Positions 43,399-53,164 of a stretch of DNA of 60,668 nucleotides are shown one piece after another; position 1 is the first letter of the stretch, and every line of letters begins with the position of its first letter. A program made the translations under genes and the position numbers. The notes beneath the pieces are model-generated. The model did no database searches and was not told the origin of the DNA. It saw only the letters and a program-made list of their open reading frames with translations. Source of the DNA: Pseudomonadota bacterium (GTDB taxonomy: Bacteria; Campylobacterota; Campylobacteria; Campylobacterales; Sulfurimonadaceae); contig JAZDQA010000002.1 in the NCBI GenBank assembly GCA_043797085.1, positions 1-60,668 on the forward strand, given 5' to 3'.

Positions 43399-44036
43399 TC
43401 GATAAAGTCACCATCATAAAAACTACCCGCATGGCGGAAGAAATTTCCAAAAAATATCCGCTAAACCCCGTGGTCAAAAATGCCATCATTCACACCAATC
43501 GTGAAATGTTTGTCCCACTTGCTATGCGCCACAACGCCTATCGTCTCGACGCTCTTCCCATTGGTGCTCAGCAGTTCATCTCTTCACCTCTTACTGTGGC
43601 AAAAATGTCTCAGTACCTAAGTCCGGAAGGCTGTGACAATGTTTTAGAGATCGGGTGCGGCAGTGGCTATCAAGCAGCCGTATTGTCCCATCTTTTTCGT
43701 CGTGTCTTTACCATCGAACGAATCGAATCACTTCTTTTAGAAGCAAAAGATCGCTTTCGCCATTTGAAATTGGGGAATATTCATACTCGTACCGATGATG
43801 GACAAAACGGTTGGGAACAATACGCTCCATTTGACCGTATCCTCTTCTCAGCGTCCGCACGCTCTATCCCAAAAAAGCTTTTCGATCAGTTGCGAGAAGG
43901 TGGCATATTGATAGCCCCTATGGAAAAAGGTCGTGAACAAGTCATTACCCGTTTTACAAAGCAAGGCGGTAAAATCATGGAAGACTCTCTGGAAGTATGC
44001 GATTTTGTTCCTATTCTGGATGGTGTTGTACGATGA
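43395..44036 (+). CDS. pcm: Protein-L-isoaspartate O-methyltransferase
   Basis: QFISSP, VLEIGCGSGYQAA, APFDRI. Confidence 0.95.
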   Translation: MIDKVTIIKTTRMAEEISKKYPLNPVVKNAIIHTNREMFVPLAMRHNAYRLDALPIGAQQFISSPLTVAKMSQYLSPEGCDNVLEIGCGSGYQAAVLSHLFRRVFTIERIESLLLEAKDRFRHLKLGNIHTRTDDGQNGWEQYAPFDRILFSASARSIPKKLFDQLREGGILIAPMEKGREQVITRFTKQGGKIMEDSLEVCDFVPILDGVVR

Positions 44037-44980
44037 GCCTTCCCGAAGCCTTTGTCGAGCGGCTGGAAAAGATTGTTCCACGTGAACAGTTTGAGACCAT
44101 TATTTCTACTTTTGATGCCCCAAAACAAGTCACCTTTCGCGTCAACACACTCAAATCAACGCCAAAAGAACTCGAAGCCGAGCTCGAAGCTGCAAATATT
44201 CCCTATGAGAGAGTAGGGTGGGAAACGAAGTTTATGGAAGGGGTCTATCGCATTGCCCCCGAAGACAAACTCCGCCTCACCTCATCGGACGCATTTTACG
44301 GTGGGCGGCTCTATATCCAAAATCTAGCGTCTATGATAGCACCGTGGATTTTAGCCCCAAAACCCGAAGAGACTGTCCTCGATTTAGCTGCCGCTCCGGG
44401 GGGTAAAACACTGATGTTAGCCGGGATGATGGAAAATACAGGGTGGCTCTCCGCCGTAGAACTCTCACGAGAACGTTTTTTTCGTCTCCGTGACAATCTC
44501 TCCTCCCAAGGAGTCACCAACGCTCATACCTATATGACCGATGGGCGAAGTGTCGGTAAAAAATGTCCCGAGATGTTTGACCGCATACTGCTTGATGCAC
44601 CGTGTTCCTCCGAAGCACGATTTAAAACGCACGAACCAAAGTCCATGTCGTTTTGGACCATCCATAAAGTCAAAGAGACCTCCAAGCTCCAACGCAGATT
44701 GCTCCTCTCTGCCTTCGATGCTCTCAAACCGGGAGGAAAACTCCTCTATTGCACCTGTTCATTCTCCCCCGAAGAGAACGAAAGCCCTCTTCAGCACCTC
44801 TTAGAGCGTCATGGAGACCGTTTAAAGACGATACCCCTAACTTTGCCCTTCAATAACATACAAAAGCCCTTAGAGCGTTGGGGAAAAGAAGTATTTGACG
44901 AGAGGATTCAAAACGGAGTGAGGATTTTACCCACCGATACGATTGATGGATTCTTTTTGTGTTTGTTGGAGAAAAACTAA
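44033..44980 (+). CDS. RsmB/RsmF (NOL1/NOP2) family RNA m5C methyltransferase
   Basis: LDLAAAPGGKT, LLDAPCS, YCTCSFSPEENE. Confidence 0.92.
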   Translation: MSLPEAFVERLEKIVPREQFETIISTFDAPKQVTFRVNTLKSTPKELEAELEAANIPYERVGWETKFMEGVYRIAPEDKLRLTSSDAFYGGRLYIQNLASMIAPWILAPKPEETVLDLAAAPGGKTLMLAGMMENTGWLSAVELSRERFFRLRDNLSSQGVTNAHTYMTDGRSVGKKCPEMFDRILLDAPCSSEARFKTHEPKSMSFWTIHKVKETSKLQRRLLLSAFDALKPGGKLLYCTCSFSPEENESPLQHLLERHGDRLKTIPLTLPFNNIQKPLERWGKEVFDERIQNGVRILPTDTIDGFFLCLLEKN

Positions 44981-45352
44981 TTACGCGCTAAACGGCAACT
45001 CTTCATATCCCAGTGAAGCACCGATAATATACAACGGTGCTTCATTCACACGCCCGTTATATCGTCCGATTCCTAAAGCACAACCGTTAGCACTTATTTC
45101 AACCGTTATTCCCTCAGACATATCCAACGAGGCTAACACATTATCACTCGCAAGCTTCGCATCACTCACACCTTCCATACGAAATACAATATCAATCCAA
45201 TCATACCCGCGGGCAATGTCTTGAACGCTAAAACGAATTTCGATGGAAGTAGGGGAGAGTGGAGTGATGGAGCGGATTTCACCGTGTTTTGCATTATCCA
45301 AACGTGCTAACAATGAAGTTAGCATTTGGACACTCAGGGGCTTTATTGACAC
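44981..45352 (-). CDS. Hypothetical protein downstream of nrdA
   Basis: 123-aa ORF overlapping the nrdA stop and filling the gap exactly. Confidence 0.7.
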   Translation of the reverse strand: MSIKPLSVQMLTSLLARLDNAKHGEIRSITPLSPTSIEIRFSVQDIARGYDWIDIVFRMEGVSDAKLASDNVLASLDMSEGITVEISANGCALGIGRYNGRVNEAPLYIIGASLGYEELPFSA

Positions 45353-47709
45353 CCGTCACACTCTATCGATCGATCTGCTGTATCTTCTTTGGCTTCAGGA
45401 GATTGTGATCGTAGATAGTAGGTCGATTTGAGTCCCAGTTTCCATGCGAGCATATAAATATCGTTGAGATATTTACCGCTTGCCTTGTCCAACGTGATAA
45501 AGATATTGAGACTTTGTCCTTGGTCGATCCACTTTTGGCGAATAGCTGCTGCTTTGATCAAGATCGTTTGATCCAAATCGTAGGCAGGGGTATAATAGCC
45601 CCACGTATCAGGAGAGAGTTTCGGAGCAACAACCGGGATAAGCCCAGAAAGATTCTCTTCAAACCACTTGCGCTTATAAACAGGCTCTATCGTTTGTGTC
45701 GTTCCTGTGAGAATCGAAATCGAACTCGTCGGTGCAATTGCCATTAAATAGCCATTGCGCATACCTTGCTTTTTGATGGTTTCACGTAGAACATCCCAAT
45801 CATAGCTAGAAGCAAACAATCCGCCGCGATCAACGAGATTACGAACTTCCGCCGTTGCATGATCCATCGGCAAGATACCACGGCTCCATTTTGAACCTTG
45901 ATACTCGGCATACGACCCTTTTTCAAGCGCTAAATCCGACGAAGCTTTGATCGCGTTATAACTAACGGCTTCCATCACTTCATCGATCTTGTCGAAATGT
46001 TCTTGCGTACCCCACATAATTTTATTCTCTGCAAGCATCTGTGCTTCACCCATAACACCCAAACCGATTGCACGGCTTTTCATGTTCGTGCGCTTTACTT
46101 TCTCTAACGGATAGAAATTCAGATCAATAACGTTGTCCAGCGCACGAATGGCGATAGGAACGATACGGTCAATCTCTTCTTTGGTGTTGATGCGAGAGAG
46201 GTTGACAGAGGCTAGGTTACACACCGCCGTTGCTCCATCGACTTTTTCTTTTTCCACGATGTAAATAGGTCGTCCGCCCAACGAATCAAGCGCAGTAACT
46301 TTGTTAGCAGGTTTTTCGATACCGCTGTCCACTTTTACTAACTCATCTTCTTCGTACGTTACAAACGTCCCATCTTCAAATTTGATTTTGATAAGATAAT
46401 GGTTAGGCTGTGTGTTTTGGAAAATCTCTGTACACAGGTTTGAACTGCGGATAATTCCATAATGGTCATTTGGGTTAGCACGGTTAGCGCTGTCTTTGAA
46501 ACACAAGAACGGACTGCCCGATTCAAAATAACTTGTGAGGATTTTTTTCCATAAGTCTTTTGCTTTTGTATGCTCTTTAATCACGCTTGCATCTTGCTCA
46601 AGTTCTACATAACGCTTCTCAAACGCATCACCGTAAAGCTCGCTCAAATCTTTCACATCATACGGATCAAACATCGTCCAGATACCGTCTTCAACAACCC
46701 GTTTCATAAACATATCGTTAATCCATAAAGCAGGGAACAAGTCATGTGCACGTCGGCGCTCTTCACCGGAGTTTTTCTTGATGTCGAGGAAATCTTTGAC
46801 ATCCATGTGCCATGGCTCGAGATAAACCGCGATTGCTCCCTTACGAGTCCCCAACTGGTCAACAGCGATTGCAATATCATTGGTGATTTTCAAAAACGGT
46901 ACCGTTCCGCCGGCAGCATTTTTATGCCCGTCGATGAAAGAACCCATCGCGCGAACTCTCGTCCAATCCCAACCGATTCCACCGCCGAATTTGGAAAGAA
47001 GCGCCATCTCTTTGTAACCGTCAAAAATACCTTCGATATTATCAGGACTTGAACCGATATAACATGAGCTAAGCTGATGGCGTGTTGTACGAGCATTCGA
47101 AAGAGTAGGGGTTGCGAGCATCACTTGGAACTGACTGATCATGTCGTAGAATTTAATTGCCCACCCTTCACGGTCAGTCTCATTTTGCGCCAAGAACATC
47201 GAAATTGCCATAAACATGTGCTGAGGAAGTTCGATAGGGTCACCCTTGCGATCTTTAATCAAATAACGATCGTAAAGCGTTTTAACGCCCAAGTAGTTAA
47301 ATTCCAAGTCGCGTTCAGGGACAATATGCTTTTCGAGAACGCTCAAATCAAACTTCTCTCGTAATCCCAAAAGAATACGCCCTTCAGCTTCGCAACGCTC
47401 AAAATAACTCTTGAGACTCCCGTATCCCGTAAAACCATTGACGCGGTGATACAAATCGTACAAGAAAAGGCGTGATGCCACAAACGTCCAGTTAGGAGAA
47501 TCAATGTCGATTTTATCGACTGCGGTTTTAATCAACGTGTGCTGAATCTCATTGCTTGTAATCCCGTCACGAAACTGGATTTGGGCATCCACTTCAAGTT
47601 CGCTTTGCGAAACGTTAATCAGCCCATCAACGGCAGCAAAAGTATATTTTTGAATTTTAGAAATATCGAGTGGCTCACGACGGCCGTTACGTTTGATAAT
47701 GGTTAGCAT
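45343..47709 (-). CDS. nrdA: Ribonucleoside-diphosphate reductase alpha subunit with ATP cone
   Basis: IIKRNGRRE ATP cone, ATPTLSN, LSSCY, SNLCTEI, CNLAS, APTSS, YYLR, C-terminal CDGC. Confidence 0.97.
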   Translation of the reverse strand: MLTIIKRNGRREPLDISKIQKYTFAAVDGLINVSQSELEVDAQIQFRDGITSNEIQHTLIKTAVDKIDIDSPNWTFVASRLFLYDLYHRVNGFTGYGSLKSYFERCEAEGRILLGLREKFDLSVLEKHIVPERDLEFNYLGVKTLYDRYLIKDRKGDPIELPQHMFMAISMFLAQNETDREGWAIKFYDMISQFQVMLATPTLSNARTTRHQLSSCYIGSSPDNIEGIFDGYKEMALLSKFGGGIGWDWTRVRAMGSFIDGHKNAAGGTVPFLKITNDIAIAVDQLGTRKGAIAVYLEPWHMDVKDFLDIKKNSGEERRRAHDLFPALWINDMFMKRVVEDGIWTMFDPYDVKDLSELYGDAFEKRYVELEQDASVIKEHTKAKDLWKKILTSYFESGSPFLCFKDSANRANPNDHYGIIRSSNLCTEIFQNTQPNHYLIKIKFEDGTFVTYEEDELVKVDSGIEKPANKVTALDSLGGRPIYIVEKEKVDGATAVCNLASVNLSRINTKEEIDRIVPIAIRALDNVIDLNFYPLEKVKRTNMKSRAIGLGVMGEAQMLAENKIMWGTQEHFDKIDEVMEAVSYNAIKASSDLALEKGSYAEYQGSKWSRGILPMDHATAEVRNLVDRGGLFASSYDWDVLRETIKKQGMRNGYLMAIAPTSSISILTGTTQTIEPVYKRKWFEENLSGLIPVVAPKLSPDTWGYYTPAYDLDQTILIKAAAIRQKWIDQGQSLNIFITLDKASGKYLNDIYMLAWKLGLKSTYYLRSQSPEAKEDTADRSIECDGCQ

Positions 47710-47819
47710 ATCTTTTCCTTGCAATTCTTAGAGCGTATATTATACCCTCTAAATTTTAGAAATTCTTATAGTGTAGTGTCTTTTTTTTCTTTAATGATTT
47801 TAAGCAAATAATGAGCCAA

Positions 47820-49148
47820 TTATTTAAACACTCTCGCAAAAATACGATCAACATTTTTCGTATAATAATCAAAATTAAAACATTCACGTATTGCTTCTTC
47901 ACTCAAACTTTGACGTAACTCTTCATCATCTAAAAGATATTGCAAATACAAACTCTCACCCTGTTCGTTAGTAGCACTTTTACCGTGCTGTAACCCTTCC
48001 CATACTTTCATCGCATTACGCTGAACGATACGATACGCATCCTCACGACTAACACCTTTGATTGGAAGCTCAAGCAATACACGCTGAGAAAAAACCAAAC
48101 CGCCTGTTAGGTTGAGATTACGCATCATGTTCTCAGGATAAACCACGAGTTTAGAGATAACACTGTTAAAACGGTGCAGCATAAAGTCAGACGTTACAAA
48201 ACTATCAGGCAGCCAGAAGCGCTCAGTAGAACTGTGAGAGATATCACGCTCATGCCATAACGCGACGTTTTCCATTGCAGGAACAGCATACGAGCGAACC
48301 ATACGAGCAAGTCCTGTAATGTTCTCGGTCAAAATCGGATTGCGTTTATGAGGCATTGCCGATGAACCCTTTTGTCCCACAGCAAAATACTCTTCACACT
48401 CGTATACTTCCGTACGCTGCCAGTGACGAACTTGTACCGCAAATTTTTCGATGGAGCTTGCTAACAACGCTAACGTTAATGCAAGGCGAGCGTAACGGTC
48501 ACGTTGAATAACTTGATTGGATGCTGGAGCAGGTTTTAGTCCTAACGCTTCACACGCATACTCTTCAAGCTCTAACGGAGCGTGAGCAAAATTACCCATT
48601 GCCCCTGATACTTGACCAACTGCGATAACTTCCATTGTTTGTTCTAGGTTAGTGAGATGACGTGCCATTTCATCATACCAAACCGCTAACACCAAACCAA
48701 ACGTGATAGGCTCACCATGAATACCATGTGAACGCCCAACGACTAAAGTCATCTTATGTTCTATCGCGCGAAGTTTAATAGACTCCATCACCATTTTGAC
48801 ATCTTCTATAATAAGGGCCAATGAATCACGCATTTGTAATGCAACAGCGGTATCCACTGTATCCGAACTCGTCATCCCGTAATGGAACCAGCGACTCTCT
48901 TCTCCAAGCGTTTCAGAAACGGATGTTGTAAAGGCAATCAGATCATGTCGTGTGACCGCTTCGATCTCATCAATACGCTCAACACTAAATCCTGCATTGG
49001 CTACAATTTTTGCAGCATCTTCATCGGGAATCAATCCCAGTTTATTCCATGCTATAACAACTGCTTTTTCAACGTCGAGCCATGCTTGATATTTAGCTTG
49101 AATGCTCCACTTGGATTTCATCTCTTCTCTACTGTAACGATCTACCAT
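47820..49148 (-). CDS. purB: Adenylosuccinate lyase
   Basis: HYGMTSSD, GRSHG, GSSAMPHKRNP. Confidence 0.98.
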   Translation of the reverse strand: MVDRYSREEMKSKWSIQAKYQAWLDVEKAVVIAWNKLGLIPDEDAAKIVANAGFSVERIDEIEAVTRHDLIAFTTSVSETLGEESRWFHYGMTSSDTVDTAVALQMRDSLALIIEDVKMVMESIKLRAIEHKMTLVVGRSHGIHGEPITFGLVLAVWYDEMARHLTNLEQTMEVIAVGQVSGAMGNFAHAPLELEEYACEALGLKPAPASNQVIQRDRYARLALTLALLASSIEKFAVQVRHWQRTEVYECEEYFAVGQKGSSAMPHKRNPILTENITGLARMVRSYAVPAMENVALWHERDISHSSTERFWLPDSFVTSDFMLHRFNSVISKLVVYPENMMRNLNLTGGLVFSQRVLLELPIKGVSREDAYRIVQRNAMKVWEGLQHGKSATNEQGESLYLQYLLDDEELRQSLSEEAIRECFNFDYYTKNVDRIFARVFK

Positions 49149-49231
49149 ATTATGCTCCCTTGATATGCTAAAATGCGTATCTATTATTATAAATTTAGTC
49201 TATCCAACCATCGCTTATAAAGGAATATATT

Positions 49232-50149
49232 TTGCCCTTCGTTATTAAAAAACTACACGCACCAACCCGCCAAAAAGCTATTTTATTTTTGATACGAGAA
49301 TTGGGTCTTGGTCAACCCGAAGCCCAACGACTTATCGCCAAAGGGCGCCTTTCTCAAAATGGAATTGTTATGTCTAACCAAATGGGATTTATCGAAGGAG
49401 ATTTTGATTTTATTTGTTTTGAGCCATTATCACGCGGTCTTCCTGCTACTTTCGTTGCTCCTGATTTTGCCGTTTATGACAAACCCAGTGGTGTGTTAGT
49501 TCACCCCCAAAGCCGCCGAACTGCCTATTCACTCAACGATGAAATCAAACATCGGTTTGGGCATGATGCAAACGTCACTCATCGTATTGACCAAGAGACA
49601 AGTGGTTTAGTCCTTGCTTCCCGTAACAAAGAGAGTGAGACTGTTTTAAAACTGCTGTTTGAAAATCGTCAAATAACCAAGCGTTATTTAGCCATGGTGC
49701 ATGGTCATCTCGAACATTCTATGGATATTCAAGAACCGCTATTGCGCAAAGAAGATCCAAGCACTTTGGTGCGCATGGTGGTAAAGGTTCATCCTGATGG
49801 TAAAGCTTCTCGTACCTTCATCAAGCCTCTACAATACTTTCCAGAGCATAATATGACCCTCGTAGAGGCATCCCCCTTTACCGGTCGTACCCATCAAATA
49901 CGGGTTCATTTGTTTCACGTGAAACATCCAATCGTGGGTGACCCCATCTATGGTCAGGAAGAAGCGGACATTGTCAAATTCTTGGATAAAGAGATAACTG
50001 CGGAGGAACGATTGAGCAAAGGTGGAGCAAGTCGATTGCTCCTGCATGCACACAGTTTGGAGTTTGAATATGAAGCGACTCCCTTTCATATTGTTTCTCA
50101 AGAGGATTTTATTTCAACGTGTTTTGAGGCTATGGGAATCACTAACTGA
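49232..50149 (+). CDS. RluA-family pseudouridine synthase
   Basis: DKPSGVLVHP, HRIDQETSG, TGRTHQIRVH, IVGDPIY. Confidence 0.94.
   Translation: MPFVIKKLHAPTRQKAILFLIRELGLGQPEAQRLIAKGRLSQNGIVMSNQMGFIEGDFDFICFEPLSRGLPATFVAPDFAVYDKPSGVLVHPQSRRTAYSLNDEIKHRFGHDANVTHRIDQETSGLVLASRNKESETVLKLLFENRQITKRYLAMVHGHLEHSMDIQEPLLRKEDPSTLVRMVVKVHPDGKASRTFIKPLQYFPEHNMTLVEASPFTGRTHQIRVHLFHVKHPIVGDPIYGQEEADIVKFLDKEITAEERLSKGGASRLLLHAHSLEFEYEATPFHIVSQEDFISTCFEAMGITN
49911..49926. promoter_or_regulatory. parS centromere-like site (perfect palindrome)
   Basis: TGTTTCACGTGAAACA matches the canonical parS consensus, about 3 kb from dnaA. Confidence 0.85.
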
Positions 50150-50154
50150 TATTA

Positions 50155-50292
50155 TGCACATGGCTATACATTGAGTGATTTTCTTGAAAATTCAAAGACG
50201 CATACGCTAAATAACATAAAGCGAAAGCACCACTATCTCTTAACGTATGAAGTTTAGAGTTGAATTTCCAAGAAAATCACTCAATGTGTGCA
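50155..50292. repeat. Long nested inverted-repeat element between convergent genes (MITE/REP-like or structured RNA)
   Basis: 28-nt arms 50168-50195 and 50260-50287 (27/28 complementary); inner arms catacgctaa/ttaacgtatg; outer tgcaca/tgtgca. Confidence 0.8.
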
Positions 50293-50312
50293 AGGTCGGC
50301 TTTGGAACAATA

Positions 50313-52034
50313 TTATATTTCTCTCATATACCGCTGACGTTTTGCCTCTTTGATTTTCCGAACATCCACCACAATATACCCGTCAATACAGTTGTTAAAA
50401 TCCACGTCTATACCGAAATCCATAAATTCTACCCCACCCTCTTCACACAATTCAGTGTATTGTTTATAGAGTGTTGGGACACTGAGATCGAAAGTTTTGA
50501 GATAGTTTTTTAATCTTTTAAAGTCTTCATTGTAATCATCGCCCTTGAAAAATTCTGCAAATTCCAAGCTAACAAATTCCGAAAGACGATACGGTGATTT
50601 TGCCCGCAGCATTGTATGATTACTTCCAAAATAGTGCGAATAAAAATAGACCAAAGCATCTTGCGCGCTTTGTGGAAAACTGCCCGATAGACTAACGGGT
50701 CCAATCATATACTTAATATGAGGGTTATGACTGAGATAGGCACCGATACCTTGCCACAGATAATCCAATGCTCTGCTTCCCCAATATTTCGGCTGAACAA
50801 AACTGCGTCCCAATTCAATCGCATCCTCAAGTATGGGATCAAATGAATCGTGCATATCACTCAGTTCATTGAGATATAGTCCCTCTTTTCCAAGCCACGA
50901 TAATATCCAGCCACATTCACCGATACGGTACGCACCAACAACTTCAAGATCGTCATCATCCCACAATACCAGATGATGATAATAGCGGTCATACTCGTCA
51001 ATATCTCGTGATTTACCGCTCCCTTCTCCAACTTTACGAAATGAGTATTCACGTAAACGTCCAATTTCATTAATCAAATTAGGAGCATTATCGTGTTCGA
51101 TTAAATAAATTTGTTTGTTGTCACTCGTCGTACCCAGTCGTTCTCCTCTCTTTAATTCCTGACGGATATCTTGTCGTGACAGAGGATGAGCGATTGAACT
51201 TTCGGTGGGATAAATACCGCTCTTTCCTTTTCCAAGCCTCAATAAATGTTTTCGAAACATGCGCGCATGATGTCTTTCATTCATAGCAGAATCATTAAAT
51301 GCTCTAGGATTGATAATTTCCCCTATTTTAAACTCAAATGCTTGGTTCTTGGCAGCAAACATCTCATGACTGAGTAAAAGCGTTCCTAGAGGCTTATAGA
51401 GCCATGAGGCAGCGTAAAAAAGAGAACTATTTCGTGCTTTGACGTAAATAGGTAAAATAGGTGTTGAGTTTCGTTTAGCAAACTTTATAAATCCCCCTTT
51501 CCATCCCCCTTCTCTTAAACCAAAAAATCCTGCACGCGACACTTCTCCGCTGGGGAAAAATATGACAGCCTCTTCTGCTTGAAGCGCCAAATCAATTTGA
51601 CGTAATGCCTGTTTGGAAACTTTTTCATTCATGTTATCAACACTGATTAAAAACTCTTTGAGTTGAGGAATAGATGAAAGCATTTTATTGGCAACGATCT
51701 TTACTTTTTTATCCGTCCGTACACTTGAAACCATTTGGATCAACGTTAAAGCATCTAATGCACCCAATGGATGATTCGCTACAATAATAACTTTTCCCAA
51801 TGCCGGAACATTTTCAATCTCGCGATGTATTACTTTATAGGATACATTTAAGTGCTTTAGAGCGACATCGATAAATTCTAAACCACTTTTTGATTTGTGC
51901 AATTCCATAAAAGTATTAATAGAATTTTCATGTATTAATAAACGGGTCAACCCCACAATTGATTTAGAAATTATTTCAGGATATTTAAACAAAGAAGGAT
52001 GTTCATTTTTAAGCAGTGTTTCAACATTTACCAT
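50313..52034 (-). CDS. Bifunctional PlsC-type acyltransferase + GNAT N-acyltransferase (OlsF-like ornithine lipid synthase / 'putative hemolysin' family)
   Basis: VANHPLGALD and FFPSGEVS (acyltransferase); EIGRLREYSFR, GAYRIG, IELGRSFV, LWQGIG (GNAT). Confidence 0.8.
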   Translation of the reverse strand: MVNVETLLKNEHPSLFKYPEIISKSIVGLTRLLIHENSINTFMELHKSKSGLEFIDVALKHLNVSYKVIHREIENVPALGKVIIVANHPLGALDALTLIQMVSSVRTDKKVKIVANKMLSSIPQLKEFLISVDNMNEKVSKQALRQIDLALQAEEAVIFFPSGEVSRAGFFGLREGGWKGGFIKFAKRNSTPILPIYVKARNSSLFYAASWLYKPLGTLLLSHEMFAAKNQAFEFKIGEIINPRAFNDSAMNERHHARMFRKHLLRLGKGKSGIYPTESSIAHPLSRQDIRQELKRGERLGTTSDNKQIYLIEHDNAPNLINEIGRLREYSFRKVGEGSGKSRDIDEYDRYYHHLVLWDDDDLEVVGAYRIGECGWILSWLGKEGLYLNELSDMHDSFDPILEDAIELGRSFVQPKYWGSRALDYLWQGIGAYLSHNPHIKYMIGPVSLSGSFPQSAQDALVYFYSHYFGSNHTMLRAKSPYRLSEFVSLEFAEFFKGDDYNEDFKRLKNYLKTFDLSVPTLYKQYTELCEEGGVEFMDFGIDVDFNNCIDGYIVVDVRKIKEAKRQRYMREI

Positions 52035-52092
52035 AATATAGACCCTTAGAAGGCTTGAGATACAGTATGGTAAATTATGTTAATTTCAATTG

Positions 52093-52121
52093 TGTTACAC
52101 CACGATTACCTCTTGATTACA
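52093..52121 (-). promoter_or_regulatory. Three 11-bp-spaced GTAA(T/C) direct repeats (pho-box/OmpR-type site)
   Basis: ttac cores at 52095, 52106 and 52117 upstream of the acyltransferase gene. Confidence 0.5.
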
Positions 52122-52140
52122 ATAATAAAATAGTCAACGA

Positions 52141-52460
52141 TGTGAATAACTTTTTACAACATCGACTTAATCTTAGCTAAAACGTTTATTAAGATTCATC
52201 ATCCCTTTAAAAGTCCCTATTTCAGGGCTTTTAAAGATAATGAAACAATTCATGATTCAGGATAAATTTATCTAAAATATTTCTTAAATAGGTAAAAATT
52301 ATAGGAATTATAATGAAAAAATTTCATTTTTATTCACACCTCACTCACAGTGTGAATATTACACATTTTTTGAAAAAATAGTCTATTTTTAAAATTTTCA
52401 GAAGATTATAAGGTGTTATATTTGAATTCCAAGTATTTTTTTAATTATTACTACAACTTA
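52141..52460. other. AT-rich region with DnaA-box-like cluster downstream of ruvC
   Basis: TGTGAATAA 52141, TTATTCACA 52330, TCACTCACA 52341, TGTGAATAT 52351; TTATTACTAC at 52445. Confidence 0.6.
52205..52236. terminator. Stem-loop, possible terminator downstream of ruvC
   Basis: CTTTAAAAG-t-CCCT atttc AGGG-CTTTTAAAG. Confidence 0.4.
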
Positions 52461-52502
52461 AATAAATTAAGACTCTCTAAGACTCTTTTGATACACTTCT
52501 AA

Positions 52503-53036
52503 TCAAACGGTCTCCCTGGTGTGTTGACCGTTTACTTTTATTTTTTCTCTACTCTTTTGATTCACTTCCAATTTTACTCTTTGTGCATGAGTTATCGCTA
52601 CTGCCATCGCATCGGTTATGTCCAACGGTTTTATCTCTTTTGTTATTCCCAAAATCTGTTTTACCATAAATGCAACCTGTTCTTTTGCCGCTTTTGCTTT
52701 TCCGGTCAAGGCTTTTTTGACTTGTAATGCTGTATATTCTGCAAACATTCCGTGCTCTTGTAAAATTTTGAGCATTATTGCTCCACGAAATTGTGCCAGT
52801 TTTAAAACGCTTTTGGGATTATGGGCATAAAATATATCTTCCATCGCCACTTCATTGATCGTATGTGTTTTAAATAATTGTTCAATTGCTTCAACAACTT
52901 GCGGAATTTGAAACTGCAATCCTTCACTTTTCATTTTGATAAGCCCGGCTTCAACCAGTTTGAATTTTTGACCCTCAATTTTTATCAGTGCGTAACCGCA
53001 ATTACGTGTTCCCGGATCTATTCCTAAAATTACCAT
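52503..53036 (-). CDS. ruvC: Holliday junction resolvase RuvC
   Basis: [32 protein letters not shown]. Confidence 0.97.
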   Translation of the reverse strand: MVILGIDPGTRNCGYALIKIEGQKFKLVEAGLIKMKSEGLQFQIPQVVEAIEQLFKTHTINEVAMEDIFYAHNPKSVLKLAQFRGAIMLKILQEHGMFAEYTALQVKKALTGKAKAAKEQVAFMVKQILGITKEIKPLDITDAMAVAITHAQRVKLEVNQKSREKIKVNGQHTRETV

Positions 53037-53164
53037 ATCTCTTCCAATCATCTTATAAAAACTTATTCACACCCGTGAATATCTTTATTCACATTTATAC
53101 ATTCCCTAATTATAGGCTAATATTGGTATTATTCTCAATACTATTCACATATACAGGAAACAAG
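53037..53164. other. oriC1: DnaA-box cluster upstream of dnaA
   Basis: TTATTCACA at 53063 and 53085, CTATTCACA at 53141, reverse box CGTGAATAT about 53074; matches the bipartite Campylobacterota origin layout. Confidence 0.8.

Noticed and set aside
46230..46410. About 60-aa insert in NrdA between NLCTEI and CNLAS as a possible intein
   Set aside because: No Cys/Ser start or His-Asn end and too short; it resembles the lineage-typical insert of Campylobacterales NrdA
41661..47709. nrdA and nrdB separated and convergent
   Set aside because: Split nrdA (with purB) and nrdB (near pcm) is ordinary in this phylum
50247..50513. 88-aa plus-strand ORF starting in the hairpin element
   Set aside because: Mostly antisense to the acyltransferase gene, with no recognisable motif
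52988..53164. N-terminal extension of DnaA in the ORF track
   Set aside because: Overlaps ruvC and the oriC1 boxes; an ATG with SD at 53165 gives a normal-length DnaA
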